From: Longimicrobiales bacterium
GTDB taxonomy: Bacteria; Gemmatimonadota; Gemmatimonadetes; Longimicrobiales; Gaopeijiaceae
DNA: 64,000 nucleotides
NCBI GenBank assembly: GCA_965238005.1
Contig: OZ250165.1
Span: forward strand, 4,640,001 to 4,704,000
Reading direction: 5' to 3'
Under the pieces are notes generated by a model. That model made no database searches. It saw only the letters and a program-made list of their open reading frames with translations, and was not told where the DNA came from. The position numbers and the translations under genes are program-made. Shown here in pieces: positions 9,272 through 19,307 of this stretch. The stretch's first letter is position 1. Each line of letters opens with the position of its first letter.

Positions 9272-10342
9272 CTAGTCCCGGATCACCAATGTGTGGTTGC
9301 GCTTGGGCACCTGCCCCACCCGGATCCGGGCGACCTCTTTCAAAGCCTGGGTGTCGACGGCAGACACGTCGTTCGAGCCGGCGTTGGCCGAGTAGATGTA
9401 CCGGCCGTCGGGCGTCATGGTGAGCCAGTCCGGATGGTGTCCCACCTCGACCCCTCCGAGGTACTCGAGATCGGGGAGCGACCAGGCGTACACGTGGTTG
9501 TTGGGCTTGCTGGTGGACCAGAGCTGCGATCCGTCCGGCGAGACGGCCAAACCGTGAGCGGGAGAGCCCTGGAGCGCGTCGTTGTCCACCCGTGATATGG
9601 GGAGCTCCGGCTGCGGGATCTTCCTGACCAGCTTGCGCTGCTCGAAGTCAACCACATAGAAGCCGTGGTAGCTCGAGATCTGAACGAAGATCCGCTTCGT
9701 CGAGCCGTCGGGGTTCGTCTCGAAGGTCATGGGGCGCACGCCCCCGTCGAAGTGCACGGACCAGACAGGCTCGTCGGTCTCAGTATCGACGACGGTGAGC
9801 GTCCGGGCGCCGATCATCCCCGCCACCAGGTGCCTGCCGTCGGGGGTGACATAGACGTTGTGCACCCCACCCAGGGTCGGAATGCTCTTCACGACCCGTC
9901 CTGCCTCCAGGTCGATCACGTCCACGAAGGCGTCGCGCCCCGTGATGGCGACGTACATCTTCCGGCCGTCGGGGGTGATGGAGATGTTGTTGGGGCGACC
10001 CGTGAGGGGGATCTTCTTAGCCACCCGGAGCGTCTTCGTGGGGACCACGTCGAGGGTGTGGTCCACCTCGTTGCTGAAGTAGAGCGCACTCCCATCCGGA
10101 TGGGACGTGACTCCGTGGGGAATTGGAATGCCCAGGATCACGTCCACGACCTCGTTGGTGGCCGGGTCGATGAGGTGGACGTTGTCACCCGCCGCGTTGG
10201 TTTGGACGATGCGGACCGTCTGGCCCGCCGCCGGTGTCGCGAAGAACACAACGGCCAGGGAGACGATGGCCAGGAAGACGAGGGTCAGGCAGACGACGGC
10301 CGGCGAGGCCAGAAGAGCTCGCCGAAGGTGGGCGCTCGTCAT
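9272..10342 (-). CDS. YncE/YVTN-family beta-propeller protein, exported
   Basis: Repeated PHG...PDG blades (PHGVTSHPDG, HNVYVTPDG, HGLAVSPDG, PDWLTMTPDG); signal peptide. Confidence 0.85.
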   Translation of the reverse strand: MTSAHLRRALLASPAVVCLTLVFLAIVSLAVVFFATPAAGQTVRIVQTNAAGDNVHLIDPATNEVVDVILGIPIPHGVTSHPDGSALYFSNEVDHTLDVVPTKTLRVAKKIPLTGRPNNISITPDGRKMYVAITGRDAFVDVIDLEAGRVVKSIPTLGGVHNVYVTPDGRHLVAGMIGARTLTVVDTETDEPVWSVHFDGGVRPMTFETNPDGSTKRIFVQISSYHGFYVVDFEQRKLVRKIPQPELPISRVDNDALQGSPAHGLAVSPDGSQLWSTSKPNNHVYAWSLPDLEYLGGVEVGHHPDWLTMTPDGRYIYSANAGSNDVSAVDTQALKEVARIRVGQVPKRNHTLVIRD

Positions 10343-10519
10343 GGTGACCCTCCCTTACCGCTCGGGAATCGTTCCTGCCCACAGGTGGGCTCGCGCCATT
10401 CGCACCGGCCTGAAGTCTTAGCCTCCTCAGAAGCAAAAGGCCAGCCTGAACCCGGCGCGAGCGACTTCGTGCGCGGGCACGCCCACACGCTTGTCAGCGC
10501 AGCCCGCGGCACCTCCCGT

Positions 10520-12130
10520 TCAGCGAGAAGCCGGCTGCACCAACACCTGCCCGTCCAGGTCACCAGGAGTCTCGATCCCCGCCAGCCACGCCAGAGTCGG
10601 CGCCACATCCACCGTGGCCGCTGCTTCCTGGGAGACCCCAGCTTCGACCCCGGCCCCCAGGAAGATGATCGGGACACTCCGGTCATAGTAATAGGGAGAC
10701 CCGTGGGTCGCCGCATCGCCACTCCACGACATGAAGTTGGGCCTGTGGCGGTAGTAGACCCCGTACCGGGCGGGGAGGCCTACGGCACGCTCTCTCGAGA
10801 GGGAGCGTGCGAAGAGAACGGCGAAGGAGTCGGGTCGAGCCTGGGCGTCCTCCACTTCGGCGAACGTGTAGGCTCTCTCGATGAAGGGGAGCGCCTCCAG
10901 GGCCGATTTCACCTCCCAGGCGAGAGCGTCACCTTGCGCACCACCATCCACGGCCCCGGCCACCGCGTGCCGGAATGCAGTAAGCTCCTCCCTGCCCAAC
11001 CGCCGGGCGTCCACGCCCCTCTCGGCCAGGTGCTCGGGAATCTCCAGCATCCCGTGGTCCGCCGACAAGACGGCCACCCAGCCCTCGGAGCCCACGGCTT
11101 CGTCCAATAGCTGGAAGAGCTCCGCGAGCACAGCGTCCAGGCGAAGCAGATTGTCCAACTGCTCCCGGCTGAGGGGACCGTACCGATGGCCCACACGGTC
11201 GGTCTGTGAGAACGACAAGCCCAGATAGTCCACGACCGACCGCTGGCCGATCTCGAGCTCCGTGATCGCCGCGTCGGCGAGACCCAGCACGGCTGCGTCC
11301 GGCAGCGGAGTTCCGGAGCGCCACCGGGCCAACGCCTCAGGGTCCGTCACGTCCACCACCTGGGAAGCCCGGTGGGGGAAGAAGGAGGGAACACCCCGCC
11401 GCTCGTAGGCGGAGGTGTCGGGACGGGTGAGATGCGCGGCCTCTTCGGGAACCCGACTCTCCCAAACGGTATCGGAGTAGATCCCGGGCATCACCTCTTC
11501 GTTGAAGCGACGAACCCACTCGGGATACTCGGAGTGGTAGAAGGTCGACGTGATAAACCCCGCCACGGGGTCGTCCATCCAATACACCTCCCCCGCGGCC
11601 TTGCCGGCTAATCCGATGGCCGACCGATCCTTGCGGGAGATTGAGACCACCCGGGCGTCCGGATTCGCGCGAGAAATCCAGTCGGGCAGACCCTCCCGAT
11701 ACATGTTGCCAGAAGAGCGGCCGGGCATCTCCGGGAAGCCGAGGATCCCGGCTTCGGGGTCGGCCATGGAGTACACCTCCCGCCACTCCCCGGCGCGGAG
11801 CTCCCACCACTCATTTCCCACGATGCCGTGCCGAGTGGGGTGAACGCCGGTGGCGAGCGTCGTATGTCCCGGGGCTGTGGAGGTCTTGGCGTGGTTGTGC
11901 GTGCCGTTGGAGAATCGATGCCCCTCGTCCAGCAACCGCCGGAAGCCTCCGGTGAAAAGAGATTCGTACCGGTCCAGCAGATCGGCCCGGAGCTGGTCTA
12001 CGGCGATCAGCACGACGAGGGTGGGACCATCGAGGGCGCTCTCCCCGGCGGCAGACTCTTCGGGGGCCCGACATCCGGGGAGCAGGACGGACCACAGAGC
12101 TATGGCGAGGAGACGACGAGTCGGTCGCAT
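10520..12130 (-). CDS. Alkaline phosphatase superfamily protein (PafA/nucleotide pyrophosphatase type), lipoprotein
   Basis: VDQLRAD, TSTAPGHTTLATG (Thr nucleophile), KDRSAI, DRVGHRYGP, SADHG, THGSPYYYD. Confidence 0.92.
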   Translation of the reverse strand: MRPTRRLLAIALWSVLLPGCRAPEESAAGESALDGPTLVVLIAVDQLRADLLDRYESLFTGGFRRLLDEGHRFSNGTHNHAKTSTAPGHTTLATGVHPTRHGIVGNEWWELRAGEWREVYSMADPEAGILGFPEMPGRSSGNMYREGLPDWISRANPDARVVSISRKDRSAIGLAGKAAGEVYWMDDPVAGFITSTFYHSEYPEWVRRFNEEVMPGIYSDTVWESRVPEEAAHLTRPDTSAYERRGVPSFFPHRASQVVDVTDPEALARWRSGTPLPDAAVLGLADAAITELEIGQRSVVDYLGLSFSQTDRVGHRYGPLSREQLDNLLRLDAVLAELFQLLDEAVGSEGWVAVLSADHGMLEIPEHLAERGVDARRLGREELTAFRHAVAGAVDGGAQGDALAWEVKSALEALPFIERAYTFAEVEDAQARPDSFAVLFARSLSRERAVGLPARYGVYYRHRPNFMSWSGDAATHGSPYYYDRSVPIIFLGAGVEAGVSQEAAATVDVAPTLAWLAGIETPGDLDGQVLVQPASR

Positions 12131-12576
12131 CTCGACCTTTTCTTTGCCGGCACACGAGTCGTCCAGCCGGCGCCGTTGGCCAGACCGGATCCGAGAATCT
12201 AACGCCCCGTGGCCCTTGTGTGTCCCCCGTGGCGGCGAGAGCCGTTGCGGGGTTCTCCGTTCCTCACTCCGACCTGAGCGCCCCCACCCTGAAATCCCCC
12301 AACCCCCGATCTCGCCGCGGGGAGTCCAGCCCGTAGCCCAAATCCCAACTCCAAACTGGCCAAAACGCCGAGATCGGTGCTATTCTGTGTCCAAATTCCG
12401 GCTTTGGGTAAACTTTGATATTCGGAACCCTCGCCGGCGGGTGCTGGTCCACGGCATCTGTGGTGCGAGAGCTCTCGGCGGTTATATTCGGGTCACGCTC
12501 GTATCAGGCATTTCGAGCGGTGGAATAGGTATGCCCTGATGCTATGGAACCCTAAGCGGTAACGCGTGAGGCAAGA

Positions 12577-15111
12577 ATGAGAACAGTGAGTGCCGCGCTG
12601 GTAGCGCTTGGTATCCTGCTCGTGCTCGTGGGGCAGACGGCGGACGCCGGGGTCGCCCGGCACCAGGCCGTAACGCCGGCTATCGTAACGCCGGCTATGA
12701 GGATGGCCCCTGAGGCCCTCGTATCGGCAGCTACCATCGCTCCCGTGCTCATCCCCGAGAGGATTTTCCCGACTGCGGGCCACGGAGCCACGCCCGATGT
12801 CCCCCCCGAAGAGCTGACGGAGCTGATCCAGCGATATTGCGTGGCCTGCCACAACGATTTCCTGCTCACAGGGAACTTGTCGCTGACGGGGTTCGAGGTG
12901 GAGAAGGCCCCCGAGATGGCGGAGACCGCCGAGAGGATGATTCGGAAGCTCCGGGCGGGCATGATGCCGCCGCAGGGAATGCCGCGGCCGGGTGGCGACA
13001 CCCTCATGATCCTGGTGGAGGAGCTGGAGAGGCGTATCGACGAGGCGGCGGCGAGGAATCCGAACCCGGGCTGGAGAACCTTCCAGCGCCTCAACCGGGC
13101 CGAGTACGCCAGTGCCGTCCGGGATCTCCTGGGACTCGAGATCGATGTCGGCACCTTCCTCCCCCTCGACACCAAGAGCGCCAACTTCGACAATATCGCG
13201 GACGTCCAGATGCCGTCGGCCACGGTGATGGAGGGCTACCTGCGGGCGGCCAACCACATCAGCCGAATCGCGTTGGGGGACCCGGAGGCCGAGCCCAACT
13301 CGACGCGGTATCGGCTCCCGCGGACCGCGTCGCAGAAGGACCGGGTCGAGGGAGCCCCCTTCGGGACCCGCGGCGGTGTGTCTGTGATCCACAACTTCCC
13401 GGCCGACGGGAAATACGTCTTCCACATCCAGCCATACCCGGCGATAGAAGGCGAGGTCTTCGGACGGACTTTCGGGGAAGTGCAGATCGAAGTCTCCATC
13501 GACGGTGCCCGGGTTGCGCTCATGACCGTGGACCCGTGGATGCACGAGTCGGAGCCCAGCGGCCTGAACATGCGGACGGATTCCCTATACGTGCGGGCCG
13601 GCCCCAAGAGGGTCACTGCGGCTTTCCCGCGCCGGTTCGAGGGAGAGGTGGACGATCTGATCCGGCCCATCGACCACACCCTGGCCGACGGCCAGATCGG
13701 CATCGGCTACGGTGTCACGACGTTACCGCACCTGCAGCGGCTCACGATCCTCGGACCGTACGAGGTCACCGGCGTCTCGGACACGCCGACCCGACGCCGC
13801 GTCTTCAGCTGCCGTCCCACGTCACCGGACGAGGCCCGCCCCTGCGCCGAGAGCATCATCTCCCGCCTGGGCGCCCAAGCCTACCGCCGGCCCCTCGACG
13901 AGACCGACGTCAGAGGGCTCATGGGCTTCTACGATCGCGGCGCCGCCGACGGCGGCTTCGAGGGCGGCGTCCGCATGGCGCTCCAGGCCGTGCTGGCCAG
14001 CCCGCACTTCATCTTCCGGATGGAGGAGAGGCCGGACGGAGCGAATCCGGGTGAGGTCCACCCGATCAGCGACGTGGATCTGGCGTCCCGGCTGTCCTTC
14101 TTCATCTGGGGAGCCCCGCCGGATAAGGAGCTCATCGACCTGGCGGACCGTGGAGAGCTCTCGAACCCGGGTCAGTTGGAGCGTCAGGCCCGGCGGATGC
14201 TGGCCGATCCCCGCGCGCAGGAGGCTCTGGCCACGCGCTTCGGAGCACAGTGGCTCCGGCTCCAGGATCTGGACAAGATCCACCCGGATGCGCTGTCCTA
14301 CCCGTACTTCGACGACACGCTTGCCGAGTCCATGCGCCGCGAGACCGAGCTGCTTTTCTCGCATCTCATCCGCGAGGACAGGAGCGTCCTCGAGCTACTG
14401 ACCAGCGACTACACCTTCGTCAACGAGCGCCTCGCGCGGCACTACGGCATCCCGGGCGTCACAGGATCGACCTTCCAGAAGGTCTCCTATCCGGATGACA
14501 GGAGGCGGGGAATCCTGGGGCACGGCAGCATCCTCACCATGACTTCTCACGCCGCCCGGACGTCTCCGGTCATCCGGGGAAAGTGGGTGCTGGAGGTGCT
14601 GCTCGGCACTCCGCCACCACCGCCCCCGCCCGACGTCCCCGCGTTCGAACAGACGGAGGAAGCCGACGACGGACGCTTTCTCACGGTGCGCGAGCGCATG
14701 GAGCAGCACCGCTCGAACCCGGTGTGCATGGCGTGTCATCGGGTCATAGACCCCATCGGGCTGTCGCTCGAGAACTTCGACGTGACAGGGGCGTGGCGGA
14801 TACGGGACGAGGGGAATCCCGTCGATCCCGTAGGGGAGCTCTACGACGGGACCCCGTTGCGTGGTCCCGCCGACCTCAGGGCGGCCCTGCTGAGCCGTCC
14901 GGAGGTCTTCTACCGGATCTTCGCGACGAACCTCATGGCCTACGGGTTGGGCCGGCGGGTCGAGTACTACGACATGCCGACGGTTCGTGCGATCACGCGC
15001 GACGCCGCCGAGAACGGATACGGCTTCTCTTCGTTCGTCATAGGGGTCGTGAACAGCCCGGCCTTCCAGACGACTCGGGTGGATGAGGAGGCGACATCGG
15101 CCGGCCTATAA
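12577..15111 (+). CDS. DUF1592/DUF1588/DUF1587/DUF1595/DUF1585 multidomain cytochrome c protein
   Basis: CVACH and CMACH heme motifs; RLNRAEY, LASPHFIFR, LASRLSFFIW, RTSPVIRGKWVLE. Confidence 0.92.
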   Translation: MRTVSAALVALGILLVLVGQTADAGVARHQAVTPAIVTPAMRMAPEALVSAATIAPVLIPERIFPTAGHGATPDVPPEELTELIQRYCVACHNDFLLTGNLSLTGFEVEKAPEMAETAERMIRKLRAGMMPPQGMPRPGGDTLMILVEELERRIDEAAARNPNPGWRTFQRLNRAEYASAVRDLLGLEIDVGTFLPLDTKSANFDNIADVQMPSATVMEGYLRAANHISRIALGDPEAEPNSTRYRLPRTASQKDRVEGAPFGTRGGVSVIHNFPADGKYVFHIQPYPAIEGEVFGRTFGEVQIEVSIDGARVALMTVDPWMHESEPSGLNMRTDSLYVRAGPKRVTAAFPRRFEGEVDDLIRPIDHTLADGQIGIGYGVTTLPHLQRLTILGPYEVTGVSDTPTRRRVFSCRPTSPDEARPCAESIISRLGAQAYRRPLDETDVRGLMGFYDRGAADGGFEGGVRMALQAVLASPHFIFRMEERPDGANPGEVHPISDVDLASRLSFFIWGAPPDKELIDLADRGELSNPGQLERQARRMLADPRAQEALATRFGAQWLRLQDLDKIHPDALSYPYFDDTLAESMRRETELLFSHLIREDRSVLELLTSDYTFVNERLARHYGIPGVTGSTFQKVSYPDDRRRGILGHGSILTMTSHAARTSPVIRGKWVLEVLLGTPPPPPPPDVPAFEQTEEADDGRFLTVRERMEQHRSNPVCMACHRVIDPIGLSLENFDVTGAWRIRDEGNPVDPVGELYDGTPLRGPADLRAALLSRPEVFYRIFATNLMAYGLGRRVEYYDMPTVRAITRDAAENGYGFSSFVIGVVNSPAFQTTRVDEEATSAGL

Positions 15112-15212
15112 GGCGGTCGAGCCGAACCACAGACCACAGTATGACGGCGCCGGCAAGGACCACGGAGTCAGTGACCCCTGCCTGAACCAGGAACCTCGAG
15201 CGAGGTCTGAAG

Positions 15213-16601
15213 ATGGAGTTCATCACCGGAAAACACATCTCACGGCGGACGATGCTGCGCGGCATGGGTGGAGCTCTCGGCCTTCCGCTTCTCGATGCAA
15301 TGATCCCGGCGAGACGGTTGTGGGCGTCGTCACCTGCGGCCGTAGCAGCCAACCGCACCCGCTTGGTTTGCATCGAGCAGGTGCACGGAGCCGCCGGCTG
15401 CAACGAGCTCGGCGCGTCCCTGAACCTGTGGGCGCCGAAAGCCACGGGGCGTGACTTCGACCTCTCGCCCACGAGCCTGCGCTCCCTCGAGCCCTTCCGG
15501 GATTACCTGACCATCGTCAGCGACTCGGACTCGAGGATGGCCGATGCCTTCTCCCCACAGGAGATCGGCGGAGACCACTTCCGGACGAGTGCAGTGTTCC
15601 TGACGCAGGCGCATCCGAAGCAGACCGAGGGGTCCGACGTCCACATCGGAACGTCCATAGACCAACTCTACGTTCAGCGCTTCGGCCAGGACACGCCGGT
15701 CCCCTCCGTGCAGCTCTCCATCGAGAACGTGGATCAGGCCGGCGGCTGCGCGTACGGCTACGCGTGCGCATACACCGACACCATCAGCTGGGCGTCCCCC
15801 GGCGAGCCGCTACCCATGGTGCGTGACCCCCGGGCGGTCTACGAGATGCTGTTCGGCGCCGGTGGGACGCCTGAGCAGCGCGCCAGACGCCGGCAGGCGG
15901 ATCGCAGCATCCTCGACTGGATGCTCGAGGAGATCTCGGCCCTCCAGCGGAAGCTGGGCCCGGCAGACCGGCATCGCCTCGACCTCTACACGGAGAACCT
16001 GCGGGAGTTGGAGCAGCGCATCCAGCGGATCGAGGCTCAGAACTCGAGCGGTGAGGAGAGGGAGATCCCGGAGGCCCCGGTCGGGGTTCCGGACGACTTC
16101 GCGGAGCACATGCGGCTGATGTTCGACCTTCAGGTAATGGCTTTCATGTCGGACACGACCCGCGTCTTCTCGCTGAAGATGGGGCGGGACGCGTCGCCCC
16201 GAGTCTATCCCGAGAGCGGCGTCTACAAGCCGTTCCACTCGGCATCGCACCACGGCGGTCAGGAGGACCGAGTGAGGGACTTCGCGGCGATCAACGCGTA
16301 CCACGTCTCCATGCTGCCGTACTTCCTGGAGAAGCTCCAGAACACCATGGAGGGCGATGCGAACCTCCTGGACAAGACGATGATCGTGTACGGGTCCGCC
16401 ATGGCCGACCCCAACATCCACAACCACATTCGCTGCCCCCTCTTCGTGGTGGGTGGAGCCAATGGCCAGCTGGAGGGCGGTCGCCACATCAAGGCGCCCA
16501 TGGCCACCCCCATGGCGAACGTCATGCTCGACATGCTGCACAAGCTCGGCGCGGATGACATCGAGGTGTTCGGAAACAGCACGGGCACCTTTTCCATCTG
16601 A
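15213..16601 (+). CDS. DUF1552 (HXXSHH) protein with Tat signal
   Basis: ISRRTMLRG Tat motif; HSASHH motif; typical position after DUF1592. Confidence 0.92.
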   Translation: MEFITGKHISRRTMLRGMGGALGLPLLDAMIPARRLWASSPAAVAANRTRLVCIEQVHGAAGCNELGASLNLWAPKATGRDFDLSPTSLRSLEPFRDYLTIVSDSDSRMADAFSPQEIGGDHFRTSAVFLTQAHPKQTEGSDVHIGTSIDQLYVQRFGQDTPVPSVQLSIENVDQAGGCAYGYACAYTDTISWASPGEPLPMVRDPRAVYEMLFGAGGTPEQRARRRQADRSILDWMLEEISALQRKLGPADRHRLDLYTENLRELEQRIQRIEAQNSSGEEREIPEAPVGVPDDFAEHMRLMFDLQVMAFMSDTTRVFSLKMGRDASPRVYPESGVYKPFHSASHHGGQEDRVRDFAAINAYHVSMLPYFLEKLQNTMEGDANLLDKTMIVYGSAMADPNIHNHIRCPLFVVGGANGQLEGGRHIKAPMATPMANVMLDMLHKLGADDIEVFGNSTGTFSI

Positions 16602-16659
16602 CGACGGGGTCCTGACACCAGGCACGACCGGACGCCCGGGGCGTCCGAGGGAGCACGAC

Positions 16660-18471
16660 ATGTCAGTAGGAAGAAAGAAGAGGGCCGGTCTTCGGCTGGC
16701 GTCGCTGGTGGCGCTCAGTCTCACGGTGCTCGCCGGGGCCACTCCTGACGAGTCGCCCGTCGCCGATGCGGCGCAGCGAGTGGACGTTGAGGCGGTTCGC
16801 ACGCTGCTTAAGCAGGGTGCGGATCCCAACGCGGCCCAGGCGGACGGGCTTACGGCACTGCACTGGTCGGCCCTCAACGACGAGCTCGGGATGGCGCGGG
16901 TCCTGCTCTACGCCGGTGCCACGGTGAGCCCGCTCACCCGCGTCGGCGGGTACACTCCTCTGCACCTGGCCAGCCGCAGCGGCCACGGCGAAGTCGTGCG
17001 CGCGCTGCTGGAGGCGGGCGCTGACGCCAACGCGTACACCACCACGGGAGTCACGTCCCTGCACTTCGCGGCGGAGGCCGACGCGGCCGAGGCCATCCAT
17101 GCGCTCATCGAGCGCGGCGCCGACGTGGACGCCAGAGATTCCTTCTCGAGCCGGACGCCTGTGATGTTCGCGTCGGTTCGGAACGCCCTCGAAGCGACCC
17201 GGGCGCTGGTCGACGCCGGCGCCGATCTCTCCGCCACTACCGTCGTAAAGGACTACGTCAAGATCGCGGCGGAAGCTACCGCTGTGCGCGAGCGTCGGGC
17301 CCGGGTCCGCAAGGCCGCTGATGACTCCGACCGGGAGGCCGAGGCCGAGAGGCCTCGTGCCAACTTCCGACGGCAACCCTGTCTCGCACTCCCGGAGCAG
17401 GCGCCCGATGACCCGAACCTGCCGAAGATCCTGTCTTCCACGGAGCAGATCGGGGCACAGGGTGGGTTCGCCGCCCTCCACTTCGCCGCTCGCGAAGGAC
17501 ATATGGAGGCGGCTCGCCTCCTGGTAGAGGCCGGAGCCGACGTCGATCAGGTGACGGGGGGGGATCAGTCAAGCCCCCTGCTGGTCGCGGTAATCAACGG
17601 AAATTACGACCTGGCAAAGGAGCTCCTCGAAGCCAGCGCGGACCCCAACCTGCTCAGCGACGACAGAGCGGGTCCACTGTTCGCCACGCTCAACATCGAG
17701 TGGTCGCTCCGGACGTGGTATCCACAGCCCCAGGCGTTCCGCCAACAACAAACCTCCTATCTGGAGCTGATGGAGCTTCTGCTCCGGGCCGGGGCCGACC
17801 CGAATGAACGGACCAGCACGCACATCTGGTACGCCGCGTACAACGCGGGGCGGATGGGCGTGGACTTCACCGGGACGACACCGTTCTGGCGGGCGGCCTA
17901 CGCGGCGGACGCAAAGGCCATGCGTCTGCTGGTGGAGCACGGCGCCGATCCGAACATCTGGACGAGCAACCTGGTGTGCCAACGCGAGCTCGTCGACCCG
18001 GACATACCGAGCAATCCGGTCAACAGTGAACCGGACCCTCCGGATCCCTCCGGCCTGCCGCCGGTTCCCCACGGTGGACTTGGCATCCACCCCCTCCACG
18101 CCGCGTCGGGGGTGGGCTTCGGCACCTCCCGCGTCGCACAGACGCACCGGCACGTGCCCGACGGGTGGCTTTCAGCCGTGAAGTATCTCATCGAGGAGCT
18201 GGGAGTCGATCCGAATCTGCGGGACAAGGACGGCTACACGGCCCTCCATCATTCGGCCGCGAGGGCTGACGACGAGACGATCCTCTACCTTGTGAGCCAG
18301 GGAGCGGACGTCACCGTGATCAGCCGCCGCGGCCAAACCACGGCGGACCTAGCGAACAGCCCCGAGCAGAGGGCCCAGCCACACCCAGTGACGATCGCGC
18401 TGCTGGAGAAGCTGGGCTCGGAGAACAATCACCAGTGCCGGTCCTGCGGCGGCGCGTCCAGGCGGAACTGA
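16660..18471 (+). CDS. Exported ankyrin-repeat protein
   Basis: ATG at 16660 after GAGGGAG; signal peptide; many G.TALH/TPLH ankyrin repeats; C-terminal CRSC. Confidence 0.9.
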   Translation: MSVGRKKRAGLRLASLVALSLTVLAGATPDESPVADAAQRVDVEAVRTLLKQGADPNAAQADGLTALHWSALNDELGMARVLLYAGATVSPLTRVGGYTPLHLASRSGHGEVVRALLEAGADANAYTTTGVTSLHFAAEADAAEAIHALIERGADVDARDSFSSRTPVMFASVRNALEATRALVDAGADLSATTVVKDYVKIAAEATAVRERRARVRKAADDSDREAEAERPRANFRRQPCLALPEQAPDDPNLPKILSSTEQIGAQGGFAALHFAAREGHMEAARLLVEAGADVDQVTGGDQSSPLLVAVINGNYDLAKELLEASADPNLLSDDRAGPLFATLNIEWSLRTWYPQPQAFRQQQTSYLELMELLLRAGADPNERTSTHIWYAAYNAGRMGVDFTGTTPFWRAAYAADAKAMRLLVEHGADPNIWTSNLVCQRELVDPDIPSNPVNSEPDPPDPSGLPPVPHGGLGIHPLHAASGVGFGTSRVAQTHRHVPDGWLSAVKYLIEELGVDPNLRDKDGYTALHHSAARADDETILYLVSQGADVTVISRRGQTTADLANSPEQRAQPHPVTIALLEKLGSENNHQCRSCGGASRRN

Positions 18472-18490
18472 CCGGATAGGAAGCGAAGGG

Positions 18491-19033
18491 ATGAGACGGT
18501 ATGTGTGCGCGCTCGCCGCGCTGACGGTGACGTCGGTTCCAGCGGACCTCGTCGCGCAGGACACCGTGTGGAACCGCTACACCCTCGAGGAGCTCGGGGG
18601 CGTGTTCGTGCGAGCCGAGACGGACGCGGCGTGCGAAAGCGTGGGGGTGACGCGTCAGGCCGTTCAGGCGGACGCAGAGGCGATCCTCGTGGAGTCCCAG
18701 GTCGACCTGCTCACCGAAGGGGAGATGCTCAGGAACCCGGCCCTCCCCGAGCTTAGGATCACCCTGGAGTGTGTAATGGGCGAGGGCGAGGGCGTCTCCG
18801 GCGCCGTCGCGTACTCCGTGTCACTGAGGGTGCAGCAGTCGGCCCAGATGACCCGGAATTCACAGATCTCCCTGCCCGAGGCCGTCACCTGGTGGTCGAC
18901 GACGGTGGGAGTCGAAGGGTCCGCAGGCGTCCAGACGGCTCTCCAGGAGGCCCTGAAGGGGAAGGTCGAGGAGTTCGCCACGGCCTACATCGAGGCCAAC
19001 ACCGAGCCGGCCGACACGACGGGGACGCGCTAG
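18491..19033 (+). CDS. Exported hypothetical protein
   Basis: Signal peptide, host-like codon usage, continues the operon. Confidence 0.75.
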   Translation: MRRYVCALAALTVTSVPADLVAQDTVWNRYTLEELGGVFVRAETDAACESVGVTRQAVQADAEAILVESQVDLLTEGEMLRNPALPELRITLECVMGEGEGVSGAVAYSVSLRVQQSAQMTRNSQISLPEAVTWWSTTVGVEGSAGVQTALQEALKGKVEEFATAYIEANTEPADTTGTR

Positions 19034-19307
19034 CCGGTCGCCTCTGCTCGTCGGTGGGGGCACGCTCGTCGGGGACGAAGACGCCGAAGGCCGCGCTACC
19101 GTCGGGCCCGCAGGTCGATGAGGACGTTCTCGTGCTGAGGCCACCTGGATCGTCACCGGGATCGGCCGCCGGGCAGGCGGCGAGACCTACGACCATCACC
19201 GCAGCGTACCCGCCCAGAGCGCGCGGCCCATTAGCATTAGCGTGGTGTCCCAGAAGTTCGCGAGCCACCGAAGGTGCCGAGGCGCCGGAACCGGGGTAAC
19301 CGCGCCG

